DNA of 64,000 bases from an uncultured Alphaproteobacteria bacterium (lineage in GTDB: Bacteria; Pseudomonadota; Alphaproteobacteria; HIMB59; GCA-002718135), in NCBI GenBank assembly GCA_902524385.1, contig CABZCZ010000002.1:38596-102595 (forward strand). The letters run 5' to 3'. Both the position numbers and the translations under genes were made by a program. Shown here in pieces: positions 63,965 to 64,000 of the stretch (positions are counted from its first letter, which is position 1; every line of letters starts with the position of its first letter). The notes under the pieces are model-generated. The model was not told the origin of the DNA and did not search any database. It worked only from the letters and a program-made list of their open reading frames with translations.

Positions 63965-64000
63965 ATGAATAAAAAAACTAAATTCAACTTACTTTATTCC
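63965..64000 (+). CDS. 5' end of a further CDS leaving the window (partial)
   Basis: ATG at 63965, 4 nt after the upstream stop. The frame is open to the window edge (MNKKTKFNLLYS..). Confidence 0.3.
   Translation, partial: MNKKTKFNLLYS

Overview
The window looks like a streamlined, very A+T-rich alphaproteobacterial chromosome of the SAR11/Pelagibacterales type. This assignment is an inference from composition, tight gene packing, pervasive start/stop overlaps and gene content. Positions 1-52.5 kb are core backbone. They carry a TCA-cycle supercluster (sdhCDAB-mdh-sucCD-sucAB-lpdA), priA, the F1 ATP synthase operon (atpHAGDC), the rplU-rpmA-obg-proBA-nadD-rsfS-ctpA block, gloB-metW-metX with a SAM-II-type riboswitch candidate, a chorismate mutase/aminotransferase fusion with tyrC, plsC, lysA, argH, an acyl-CoA/sulfur-amino-acid cluster (HACD/ECH fusion, DmdB-like ligase, metY), coq7, dsbB-like and dedA. 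A few accessory genes are wedged into this backbone: a secreted HExxH protein and an 867-aa orphan. At 52.5 kb the backbone ends at tRNA-Leu(CAA). The 5' 62 nt of this tRNA plus one upstream base recur as a perfect 63-bp direct repeat 2,985 bp away. The repeats bracket a cassette of orphan membrane and repeat proteins with no integrase. Beyond the second repeat, 55.6-64 kb is a cell-surface glycan island: sulfotransferase, GT2 with two paralogous membrane partners, two SDR epimerase/dehydratases, a reversed-order cytidylyltransferase-kinase fusion and two DegT aminotransferases. The items most worth follow-up are the tRNA-bounded cassette with its triplicated GGNCAACAAA motif, a roughly 135-nt structured element after the hydrolase gene and upstream of sdhC that displays 16S-tail-like CCUC loops, rsfS lacking any canonical start codon, and the sulfotransferase/glycan module. 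No CRISPR array, rRNA gene, transposase, integrase or recognisable defence system was seen.
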